Source of the DNA: Candidatus Methylomirabilis sp.
GTDB lineage: Bacteria > Methylomirabilota > Methylomirabilia > Methylomirabilales > Methylomirabilaceae
Direction: 5' to 3'
DNA length: 17,090 bases
NCBI GenBank assembly: GCA_041498975.1
Contig: JBGQJI010000041.1
Span: forward strand, 1-17,090
The stretch's first letter is position 1. Each line of letters begins with the position of its first letter. The translations under genes and the position numbers were made by a program. Below, one piece after another: positions 8,378 to 15,770 of the stretch. The notes below the pieces were generated by a model. It did no database searches. It saw nothing but the letters and a program-made list of their open reading frames with translations, and was not told where the DNA came from.

Positions 8378-8758
8378 CAGCCTCAGGCCATCGCCAGCGC
8401 TCCCTGCGCCGGTGGCCGGGAGGTAGGGGGGATGTATGCACCGGCCGGCCAGCCAGTGCGCCTCAGCAACAGCAGGATCGCCGTCGTGAGCAAGGGGAAG
8501 GACGGCGGGTTTAGCAAAAGGCCTGAGCCCCCTCGCCGCCCCGGCGCCGATGATGGGCTGATTATTGTCGAAGGGGCAGACACTGGCACCCCGACCACGA
8601 GGTACGTCGGGTTCTGGAATTCGTGTGGGGGTCCGGGTTGCAGGCCGCTTGCTCTGGGGAACCCTGGCCACGAGATCATTGCCGTTGGGGGCAGTGGCCG
8701 GAACCTTGAGATCCAAGAGGGCGAGGACGATGAGTTGATCATCGTCACATTGCCATAA
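8378..8758 (+). pseudogene. Orphan C-terminal fragment (last ~2 repeats) of a third family A gene
   Basis: QPVRLSNSRIAVVSKGKDGGFSK...PTTRYVGFWNSCGGPGCRPLALG...DDELIIVTLP closely matches the C-terminus of 5176..7245 (26 identical nt at 8594-8619 and 7075-7100). No signal peptide or upstream repeats. A possible independent start is ATG 8432 with GGAGGT at 8419-8424. Confidence 0.75.
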
Positions 8759-8785
8759 GAGCGGGGCAGCGAGTGCTGGCATTCG

Positions 8786-8941
8786 TTGAGCAAGTACGGC
8801 ATTGCGGACGCGGGTGCCGCCTTCTTCACACTCTTTGCGACGCCTCCGCCCGGCCTCGAAGAGCGGGCCGCCGCGCTGCTCCAAGGGTATGAACTCCTCT
8901 TCTGGGACACCTTGGCCCAGGCATCCACGCTCGGCACGTAG
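8786..8941 (+). pseudogene. Remnant resembling the C-terminus of a TenA/THI-4-like protein
   Basis: Frame reads LSKYGIADAGAAFFTLFATPPPGLEERAAALLQGYELLFWDTLAQASTLGT*. FFxLFATPPPG and LLQGYELxFWDTL recall TenA-family C-termini (from memory), apparently with the intervening helix missing. Confidence 0.5.
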
Positions 8942-9045
8942 TTGTCGGGCGGGCCGATCTCGTGGTACCGTTGGTTTAGTGGGAGAGGATGCCTCGGTGG
9001 GCGAGAGATTGATCGCGCAGCTTCACCGAAGCGAAAGGAGCACTC

Positions 9046-9465
9046 ATGCTGGTTAAACGCTACATGCGGACCAAGCTTGTCACCGTCGGGCCGGAGGAGG
9101 GGGCCAATGCCGCACTCTACTTGATGAAGAAGAGCACCGTTCGCCACCTGCTTGTGGTGGACGGCAAGAAGCTGCTGGGGATCGTCACCGATAGGGATTT
9201 CCGGCTTGTGCGCCCCTCTCCTGCCACGAGTCTGTCCATCTTTGAGATCAATTACCTCCTCGAAAAGCTGAAGGTGAAAGAGATTATGACCAAGAAGGTG
9301 ATCACCGTGACGCCGGAGACCCCAATCGCGGAGGCTGCGCAGCTCCTGCTCAATCGGCGAATCGGGGCGCTTCCGGTCTTGAAGGAGGGGGAGGTGGTCG
9401 GCATCATCAGCGAAACGGATTTGTTGCGCGCGCTGATCGACACGGAGGAAGCACGGGGGACTTGA
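9046..9465 (+). CDS. Tandem CBS-domain protein (AcuB N-terminal-like)
   Basis: SD AAAGGAG upstream; two CBS motifs VRHLLVVDGKKLLGIVTDRD and IGALPVLKEGEVVGIISETDLL; linker PSPATSLSIFEINYLL typical of AcuB-like proteins; no ACT domain. Confidence 0.92.
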   Translation: MLVKRYMRTKLVTVGPEEGANAALYLMKKSTVRHLLVVDGKKLLGIVTDRDFRLVRPSPATSLSIFEINYLLEKLKVKEIMTKKVITVTPETPIAEAAQLLLNRRIGALPVLKEGEVVGIISETDLLRALIDTEEARGT

Positions 9466-9572
9466 ATCGGGCGACGATGGTCGAGCTTGGATCACCTTGC
9501 GAGGCGCTTCGGCTGCCGGTATACTTCCTTCAGAAAGGCGCTTGATCTCTTTCGGCCCGTGGGAGTGAAGTC

Positions 9573-10628
9573 ATGCCGGACGTCATGACGCTCGGCGACA
9601 TCCTGACCCGCCTGACCAGAGAGGGGGAGCTGTACGAAACGCTCCCCGACCAGCGGGTTCGCTGCTATTCGTGCGGCCACCGCTGCCTGATCCCGGAGGG
9701 CCGACCGGGGGTGTGCAAGGTCCGATTCAACAGGGGCGGCGTCCTGTATGTCCCTGCCGGCTATGTCGGCGCTCTGCAGTGCGATCCTATCGAGAAGAAG
9801 CCGTTCTTCCATGCCCTCCCCGGATCTCTCGCCCTCAGTTTCGGCATGCTCGGATGTGATTATAAATGCGGGTTCTGCCAGAATTGGCTCACCTCGCAGG
9901 CGCTGCGCGATCCCCAGGCGCAAAGCCCTCCCCAGATGGTGTCGGCAGAGTATCTCGTCGCGGCGGCTGAACACTACGGCGCGCCGATCGTCGCCAGCAC
10001 GTACAACGAGCCGCTGATCACCAGTGAGTGGGCCGTCGAGATCTTCCGTGTGGCAAAGCGGCATGGTCTGAAGACCGCTTATATCAGCAACGGCAACGGC
10101 ACCCCTCAGGTAATCGAATACCTGAAGCCGTGGGTAGACTTGTACAAGGTCGATCTCAAAGGGTTCAACGATGCCAACTACCGGAAGTTGGGCGGGGTGC
10201 TGGAGCACGTCCTGGAGACGATCAAACTGCTGGTGGAGAAGCGATTCTGGGTGGAGATCGTCACGCTGGTTGTCCCGGGCTTCAACGACTCGGAAGCAGA
10301 GCTGACCCAGATCGCCGAGTTCCTGACCTCGATTTCCCCGGATCTCCCCTGGCATGTCACGGCGTTTCACCAGGATTACAAGATGCAGGACCGCGCCAAC
10401 ACCACGGCCAGCGCACTGCTTCGGGCCGCCGAGATTGGGAAGGGGGCCGGCCTTCGCTACGTCTATGCCGGCAACCTCCCGGGACGCGTCGGCCCCTACG
10501 AGAACACCTGCTGCCCATCCTGCCAGACCCTGCTCATTGAGCGGTACGGCTACACCATCCTCAAAAACGTCCTGAAGGACGGCGCCTGCCCGACCTGCCG
10601 CACCCGGATCCCGGGGGTCTGGAACTAA
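9573..10628 (+). CDS. amrS: AmmeMemoRadiSam system radical SAM enzyme (PFL-activase-like)
   Basis: N-terminal CYSCGHRC...GVCKVR; DPIEKKPFFH; radical SAM CxxxCxxC (CDYKCGFC-QNW); TYNEP; C-terminal CPSC...CPTC...IPGVW. Confidence 0.9.
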   Translation: MPDVMTLGDILTRLTREGELYETLPDQRVRCYSCGHRCLIPEGRPGVCKVRFNRGGVLYVPAGYVGALQCDPIEKKPFFHALPGSLALSFGMLGCDYKCGFCQNWLTSQALRDPQAQSPPQMVSAEYLVAAAEHYGAPIVASTYNEPLITSEWAVEIFRVAKRHGLKTAYISNGNGTPQVIEYLKPWVDLYKVDLKGFNDANYRKLGGVLEHVLETIKLLVEKRFWVEIVTLVVPGFNDSEAELTQIAEFLTSISPDLPWHVTAFHQDYKMQDRANTTASALLRAAEIGKGAGLRYVYAGNLPGRVGPYENTCCPSCQTLLIERYGYTILKNVLKDGACPTCRTRIPGVWN

Positions 10629-10712
10629 CCCGCCGGCCTCCTCCCCTCTTCCCCTTTGTGGTAACTCCCTGCCGATCTTATTGTCCTCTCGGCTGATCAT
10701 GACTCTTGTTCC

Positions 10713-10741
10713 TTGACAAACGCGAACAGGGATAATATTTT
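10713..10741 (+). promoter_or_regulatory. Sigma70-type promoter of the MarR-led cluster
   Basis: Perfect TTGACA (10713-10718), 17-nt spacer, TATTTT (10736-10741), in an AT-rich island 30 nt upstream of the MarR ATG. Confidence 0.7.
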
Positions 10742-10756
10742 GATGTTAAACGATTT
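10735..10756. promoter_or_regulatory. Candidate MarR operator overlapping the -10/+1 region
   Basis: Imperfect dyad TTTGATGTTAAA (TTTnAnnTnAAA, 10739-10750) in AT-rich context; the position is typical of MarR autorepression. Confidence 0.4.
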
Positions 10757-10771
10757 AATCCTGAGAGAGGC

Positions 10772-11224
10772 ATGGGTACTCACTATCAGGGGACGAAGGA
10801 CGAAGTCAGGGCTTTGGACGCCTACATCAAGTTGATGCGTGCGGCCGGGTCGGTGACCTCTCGGCTGAGTCCCCATCTGGCCTCTGCCGGCTTGACGGCG
10901 AGTCAGCTTGGCGCGCTCGAAGCCCTCCTTCACCTCGGCCCGATGTGCCAGCGTGACCTGGGCGATAAGCTTCTTACGAGTAGCGGCAACATTACGATGG
11001 TCGTTGACAATCTCGAAAAACGGGGCCTTGCGAAACGAGAGCGCGAGGGGAAGGACCGCCGATTCGTGACCGTTCGTCTGACGGAGAAGGGACGTCGGTT
11101 GATCAGCGACATGTTGCCGCGCCATGTGGCAGCCATTGTGGAGGACATGAGCACCCTTACGAAACGTGAACAGGAAACGCTCGATCGGCTGTGCCGGAAG
11201 CTGGGCCGAAGAGGTGAGGCGTAA
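10772..11224 (+). CDS. MarR family transcriptional regulator, MhqR-like
   Basis: wHTH signature GLTASQLGALEALLHLGPMCQRDLGDKLLTSSGNITMVVDNLEKRGL...DRR...LTEKG, resembling Bacillus MhqR (IGDKILLASGSITYVVDKLE). Confidence 0.92.
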   Translation: MGTHYQGTKDEVRALDAYIKLMRAAGSVTSRLSPHLASAGLTASQLGALEALLHLGPMCQRDLGDKLLTSSGNITMVVDNLEKRGLAKREREGKDRRFVTVRLTEKGRRLISDMLPRHVAAIVEDMSTLTKREQETLDRLCRKLGRRGEA

Positions 11225-11266
11225 TGTTATCAGGCGAGATGCCAGAGCGATCAGAGGAGCGGTCAG

Positions 11267-12211
11267 ATGAATGAACCCATAGGGTTTGTTGGTCTCGGAC
11301 GCATGGGCCTGCCGATGGCCATCAACCTCTTGAAGGCTGGCTACACGCTCCGGGTCTACAACCGGACGCCCGAGAGAACGGCGCCTTTGATCGCTCAAGG
11401 GGCGGTGTCGGTTTCCCACCCAAGTGAAGTCGCCGAACCCGGTGGCATGGTCATCACCATGCTTTCCAACGACAGAGCGTTGGAGGAGGTGGCCTCCGGC
11501 GGCAAAGGTCTCCCGGAGCGGCTAGGGCCGGGCGGAATCCACCTGTCCATGAGCACCGTGTCGCCGGCGACGGCGCGCAAACTCGCCGAGGATCATCAGC
11601 GTTATGGGGTGGCCTACTTGGCGGCACCGGTCTTCGGTCGGCCGGAGGCTGCGGCGGCGCGCAAGCTGTGGATCTGTCTCTCAGGACGACAATCGGCCAG
11701 GGATCGCGTCCGGCCGGTGCTGGACGCCCTCGGCCAGGCCATGTATGACTTTGGCGAGGATCCCGGGGCGGCGAACGTCGTTAAGCTGTCCGGCAACTTC
11801 CTGATCGCCTCCGCCATGGAGGCGATGGCAGAGGCCCTGACCCTGGCGGAGAAGAACGGGATCGATCGTCGCCGGATCGCCGACATGCTGGGCCAGACAA
11901 TCTTTGCCTGCCCCATCTACCAGAACTACGGGAAGGCGATCGCGCAGCAGCGCTACGAGCCGGCGGGCTTCAAGCTATCGCTGGGCCTGAAAGACATCGA
12001 CTTAGTCTTGCAGACGTCGGCCTCGAGCGCAATGCCCATGCCGCTCGGCAGCCTGCTCCATGACAGGTTTCTGTCCGCCATCGCGAAAGGTCGTGACGAA
12101 CTGGACTGGGCGGCAATAGCGCTAGGCGTGTCGGAGGACGCGGGGCTCTCTCGAGAGCTTCCGCATCATCCAGACGCTTCAGGCGAGACCCTCGCGCGTA
12201 AACCAACATGA
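11267..12211 (+). CDS. NAD(P)-dependent beta-hydroxyacid dehydrogenase (3-hydroxyisobutyrate/6-phosphogluconate dehydrogenase family)
   Basis: Rossmann IGFVGLGRMG, YNRT, SMSTVSP, AAPVFGRPEAA, catalytic Lys in VVKLSGN, GFKLSLGLKD. Confidence 0.92.
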   Translation: MNEPIGFVGLGRMGLPMAINLLKAGYTLRVYNRTPERTAPLIAQGAVSVSHPSEVAEPGGMVITMLSNDRALEEVASGGKGLPERLGPGGIHLSMSTVSPATARKLAEDHQRYGVAYLAAPVFGRPEAAAARKLWICLSGRQSARDRVRPVLDALGQAMYDFGEDPGAANVVKLSGNFLIASAMEAMAEALTLAEKNGIDRRRIADMLGQTIFACPIYQNYGKAIAQQRYEPAGFKLSLGLKDIDLVLQTSASSAMPMPLGSLLHDRFLSAIAKGRDELDWAAIALGVSEDAGLSRELPHHPDASGETLARKPT

Positions 12212-12271
12212 CGTCCATCTGGCTTTCAACTCTTTCAACTTGCGAGTGCGGAGGGGTGGGGGGGAAGAAGA

Positions 12272-12919
12272 ATGGCAGATGACAAGGGGAGTGATCGGCC
12301 GACCATCACCTGTTCTCCGAACGGACCGTATCTCGTTGAGCGGCTCGAGCGCTTTAAGAATTCCAAGGGCGAGACCCTGCCCACGAAGGCAACCATCGCC
12401 CTGTGCCGGTGCGGCGCGTCCTCCAAGAAGCCGTTCTGTGACGGGACTCACGCGAAAATCGGCTTCTCCAGCGAGCGCCAGAGCGACAAGGACATTCACC
12501 GACGGAAGGATTATGTGGGCAAGACCATCACCATCCACGATAATCGGACGATCTGTTCCCACGCCGGCTATTGCACCGACCGGTTGAAGTCAGTGTTTCG
12601 CCTGCGCGCGGAGCCATGGATCGATCCCGATGGAGCGGATGTACGCGCGATCATCGAGACCATCAGGCAGTGTCCTTCCGGGGCGCTGAGTTACTCGATG
12701 GGCGGTGTGGAGCACCGCGATCAGGATCGCGAGTCGATGATCGCCGTCTCCAAGGATGGCCCGTATCACGTCAATGGCGGCATCGAGATAAAGGGTGTGT
12801 CGGGCTTGCAGCCGCCCTCGCGGGAGCACTATGCCTTGTGCCGGTGCGGGGCGTCGAAGAACAAACCATTCTGCGACGGCTCACACTGGTCTGCCAAGTT
12901 CCACGACGAGACGAACTGA
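12272..12919 (+). CDS. CDGSH iron-sulfur protein: CDGSH + divergent ferredoxin (Fer4_19-like) + CDGSH
   Basis: CRCGASSKKPFCDGTH and CRCGASKNKPFCDGSH flank CSHAGYC...PWIDPD...CPSGAL. Confidence 0.92.
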   Translation: MADDKGSDRPTITCSPNGPYLVERLERFKNSKGETLPTKATIALCRCGASSKKPFCDGTHAKIGFSSERQSDKDIHRRKDYVGKTITIHDNRTICSHAGYCTDRLKSVFRLRAEPWIDPDGADVRAIIETIRQCPSGALSYSMGGVEHRDQDRESMIAVSKDGPYHVNGGIEIKGVSGLQPPSREHYALCRCGASKNKPFCDGSHWSAKFHDETN

Positions 12920-12935
12920 CACAACGGGTGTGCCC

Positions 12936-12962
12936 TTGGGAGGCAAGACCCTTGCCTTCCAA
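12936..12962 (+). other. Intercistronic 12-bp hairpin (no U-tract)
   Basis: TTGGGAGGCAAG-ACC-CTTGCCTTCCAA with one G:U pair; may stabilise mRNA or act as a weak attenuator. Confidence 0.45.
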
Positions 12963-13016
12963 CGGCAGCTGGCGGCGGAGGCAGCAACCGATCGAGGTTC
13001 CGTGTAGAGGGACAGA

Positions 13017-13715
13017 ATGATCAGGATCCGACCAGGCAATGAGCGTGGCCATGCGAATCATGGCTGGCTGGATACGTACCACACATTCTCCTTTGCCGAC
13101 TATTACGATCCCAAACACATGGGGTTTCGTCACCTGCGGGTGATCAATGAAGATCGCGTCAAGCCCGGTGCGGGTTTCCCCACGCATTCGCATCGAGATA
13201 TGGAAATCCTCACTTATGTCCTCGAGGGCGCCCTGGCGCACAAGGATAGCATGGGCAATGGATCGGTGATCCGCCCTGGCGACGTGCAACGGATGAGCGC
13301 CGGCACCGGCATCAGCCACAGCGAATATAACCATTCGCAGAGCGAGCCCGTGCACTTGTTGCAGATTTGGATCGTGCCGGAGCAGACGGGCCTGAGCCCC
13401 AGTTATGAACAGCGATCCTTTGAGATCGGAGGCGGGCCTGGGACATGGCGACTGATTGCTGCGAGGGGCGGCCGTGATGGAGCGGTGACGGTTCATCAGG
13501 ATGTCGAGGTCCTTGCCGCCAGGCTGGCCCCAGGAGACCGGGTCGTGTATCAACTGAAGCCCGGTCGGCACGCCTGGCTGCAGGCGGCGCGTGGCTCGCT
13601 GATGCTTGGCGGCATCCCGCTCCAGGCAGGGGATGGGGCCGGGGTCAGCGACGAAGCAGTCGTCGAGATCACCGCAAACGACGCGGCGGAAGTGCTGCTA
13701 TTCGATCTCAGTTAA
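13017..13715 (+). CDS. Pirin family bicupin (YhhW / quercetin 2,3-dioxygenase-like)
   Basis: RGHANHGWLDTYHTFSFADYYDP, GFPTHSHRDMEILTYV, HKDSMGN, MSAGTGISHSEYN, LLQIWI. Confidence 0.95.
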   Translation: MIRIRPGNERGHANHGWLDTYHTFSFADYYDPKHMGFRHLRVINEDRVKPGAGFPTHSHRDMEILTYVLEGALAHKDSMGNGSVIRPGDVQRMSAGTGISHSEYNHSQSEPVHLLQIWIVPEQTGLSPSYEQRSFEIGGGPGTWRLIAARGGRDGAVTVHQDVEVLAARLAPGDRVVYQLKPGRHAWLQAARGSLMLGGIPLQAGDGAGVSDEAVVEITANDAAEVLLFDLS

Positions 13716-13987
13716 CCCCGATCCGAACATATCCAGTGGGGTGGGTAGCGTGGCCAGCGGGTCCTGTCGCAGTGATCAGCCCCCGTCGTCCTCGCTCCAC
13801 CCATCCCCCAGTGGGGCCCTTCCGCGGCGGGCGCCGGGGGCGCCCGCTCACCGCGCCACCCGCTGGCTAGCCAGACATCGCAGGCCCATTAATTTCGGAT
13901 TGGGGTTAACGTGCCTCTTAGTGCGAAGCGTAAGGCGATGGGGCACAATCCGTAATAACCACGCCATAACAAAAGGAGGAACACACA

Positions 13988-14473
13988 ATGAAGCCGAACA
14001 TCGGGCTCGCAGACAAGGATCGCGCATCGGTTGTCAAGATCCTCAATGCCCTGCTCTCGGATGAATACGTGCTGTATACGAAGACGAGAAACTACCACTG
14101 GAACGTCGTCGGACCCCAGTTCAACGACCTGCACAAGTTCTTCGAGGCGCAGTATACCGAGCTGAATGAGGTAGTGGATGAAGTTGCCGAGCGGGCGCGC
14201 ACTCTCGGCGGAAGATCCATGGGGACTTTGGCGGAATTCTCCCGTCATACGAGGCTCAAGGAGCAGGCCGGCCAGGACCCGAAGGCCCGCAACATGATTG
14301 CAAACCTTCTCAGCGACCATGAGGAGATCATCCGTCAGTTGCGAAAAGACCTCGAATCGTGTGCTGAAAAGCACCGTGATCTGGGTACGAGCGACTTCCT
14401 GACCGGGCTGATGGAACGACATGAAAAAATGGCATGGATGCTCCGCGCGTTTCTGGAAGGCGAGTCGGTCTAG
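13988..14473 (+). CDS. dps: Dps DNA-protection / ferritin-like protein
   Basis: Strong SD AAAGGAGG; NYHWNVVGPQFNDLHKFFE...VDEVAER ferroxidase signature; C-terminal HEKMAWML. Confidence 0.95.
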   Translation: MKPNIGLADKDRASVVKILNALLSDEYVLYTKTRNYHWNVVGPQFNDLHKFFEAQYTELNEVVDEVAERARTLGGRSMGTLAEFSRHTRLKEQAGQDPKARNMIANLLSDHEEIIRQLRKDLESCAEKHRDLGTSDFLTGLMERHEKMAWMLRAFLEGESV

Positions 14474-14511
14474 CGCGAACACATCACATTCTCTTGCATG
14501 GATTGCCACGC

Positions 14512-14537
14512 ACCCTTCGACTCGGCTCAGGGCAGGC
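14512..14537. repeat. Short REP-like repeat (CCCTTCGAC..GCTCAGGGC type)
   Basis: CCCTTCGACTCGGCTCAGGGCAGG; degenerate relatives at 15731-15757 (CCTTTGACACACTCAGGCGAGCGAAGG) and, inverted, at 15645-15660. Confidence 0.5.
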
Positions 14538-14632
14538 CATTTGGGTGGTCGCAATGACAGGGGGGGAGTGCCGTTCGTTCAAGAGACGCATTCGACGATG
14601 GGTAATCAGCCCAGCCTATCTGGTTCTTGACC

Positions 14633-15562
14633 ATGGATGACGCGATTCACTTCCTGCTTCGGCACGGGTACATCGTGCTGTTCGTCTGGGTGCTGGCGGA
14701 GCAGATCGGTCTGCCGCTACCCGCTGTCCCGTTTCTGTTTGCTGCCGGGGCGCTGGGCGGCAGCGGCCGATTGAATCTGGGTCTCGCGATCGGGGTTGCG
14801 GTCCTTGCGTCGCTGCTCAGCGACGTCACCTGGTATGAGATCGGGCGGCGCCGCGGCCGCCGCGTCTTGCACCTGCTCTGCCGGATCTCGCTGGAGCCCG
14901 ATTCGTGTGTCAGGAGAACAGAGGAGGTGTTTGCCCGGCACGGCGCTCGCTCGCTCCTGGTGGCGAAGTTCATCCCGGGTCTGAGTACCGCGGCGCCACC
15001 GCTGGCGGGAATATTCCGCATGCGCCTGCACCGCTTCCTGCTGTTCGATAGCCTCGGGGCACTCATCTGGGCGGGTGCATTCGCCGGAATAGGCTACCTG
15101 TTCAGCGGTCAGCTCGAGCAACTTGCAGCATACGCCCTCCTGATGGGCGCGTCGCTGGCGGGGATCCTGGCAGGATGCCTCGCGGTGTACATCCTCTGGA
15201 AATATGCCCAGCGTCATCGCTTTCTGCGTCAGTTGCGCATAGCACGCATCACCCCGGAGGAGCTGAAGCGAAGACTCGACGAGGGCGAAGATGTCATGAT
15301 CGTCGACCTGCGTCACTCGCTGGACTTCGAGGGCGAGCCTTACACCATCCCCGGTGCATTGCGGCTGCCTCCAGAGGAGGTGGAGCGGCGCCACCACGAA
15401 ATCCCCCGCGACCGCGATGTCGTCCTCTACTGCACGTGACCCAACGAAGCCACCAGCGCCAGGGTGGCGCTGCTGCTCAGGCGGCGGGGGATCAGCCGGG
15501 TCCGGCCGCTTGCCGGAGGTCTCGACGGCTGGCGCCACAACGGCTTCGCGGTGAGCTCTTGA
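14633..15562 (+). CDS. DedA (VTT/SNARE-associated) - rhodanese fusion, predicted selenoprotein (in-frame TGA 15437-15439 = Sec269)
   Basis: DedA motifs (EQIGLPLP, WYEIGRRRG, LLVAKFIPGL) then rhodanese IVDLR...IPGAL...VVLYCT-TGA-PNEATSARVALLLRRRGISRVRPLAGGLDGWRHNGFAVSS*, with the real stop at 15560-15562. Homologues as I recall them read YCxCPNE. A hairpin follows the TGA. Confidence 0.88.
15446..15478 (+). promoter_or_regulatory. Candidate bacterial SECIS element
   Basis: Perfect 8-bp stem CAGCGCCA (15454-15461) / TGGCGCTG (15465-15472) with a GGG apical loop starting 22 nt after the UGA; weak lower stem GAAGC/GCTC. Confidence 0.75.
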
Positions 15563-15644
15563 GGCCGGTCGCCCACGTCGGCTACCAGCCAGAGCAACTC
15601 CAGCTCGAATGATCCATGAGCGCGAGCTAGCACCCCCACCGGCA

Positions 15645-15770
15645 CCTTCGCTCGACTGAGCCCATCGCACAGCTCCCTCAAGGAAGAGTCTGCTGCCGCC
15701 CCTCATCCCTTACCTCTCCCCGGTGGGGAGCCTTTGACACACTCAGGCGAGCGAAGGGGAGGTTGAGGGG
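15645..15770. repeat. Nested REP-like inverted-repeat cluster
   Basis: CCTTCGCTCGACTGAG (15645-15660) is the reverse complement (15/16) of CTCAGGCGAGCGAAGG (15742-15757); also CTCCCC-GGT-GGGGAG (15716-15730) and CCCCTCA/TGAGGGG. Confidence 0.55.

Noticed and set aside
6870..8758. DGR-like template/variable repeat pair (A2 C-terminus versus the orphan copy)
   Set aside because: Differences are not adenine-specific, look mainly synonymous, and there is no reverse transcriptase in the window.
3795..10700. Long minus-strand ORFs (3795..5348, 7232..8884, 8383..9495, 9492..10700 and others)
   Set aside because: Antisense shadows of well-supported plus-strand genes in GC-rich DNA, with no recognisable motifs.
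13896..13970. Integron attC site
   Set aside because: No properly placed RYYYAAC...GTTRRRY ends around the hairpin, no cassette array and no integrase.
14627..15439. DedA CDS ending at 15439 as in the ORF track, or a nonsense pseudogene
   Set aside because: The stop falls in the rhodanese active-site loop at an expected Cys column, the downstream frame is intact, and a SECIS-like hairpin follows. Recoding is the simpler explanation.
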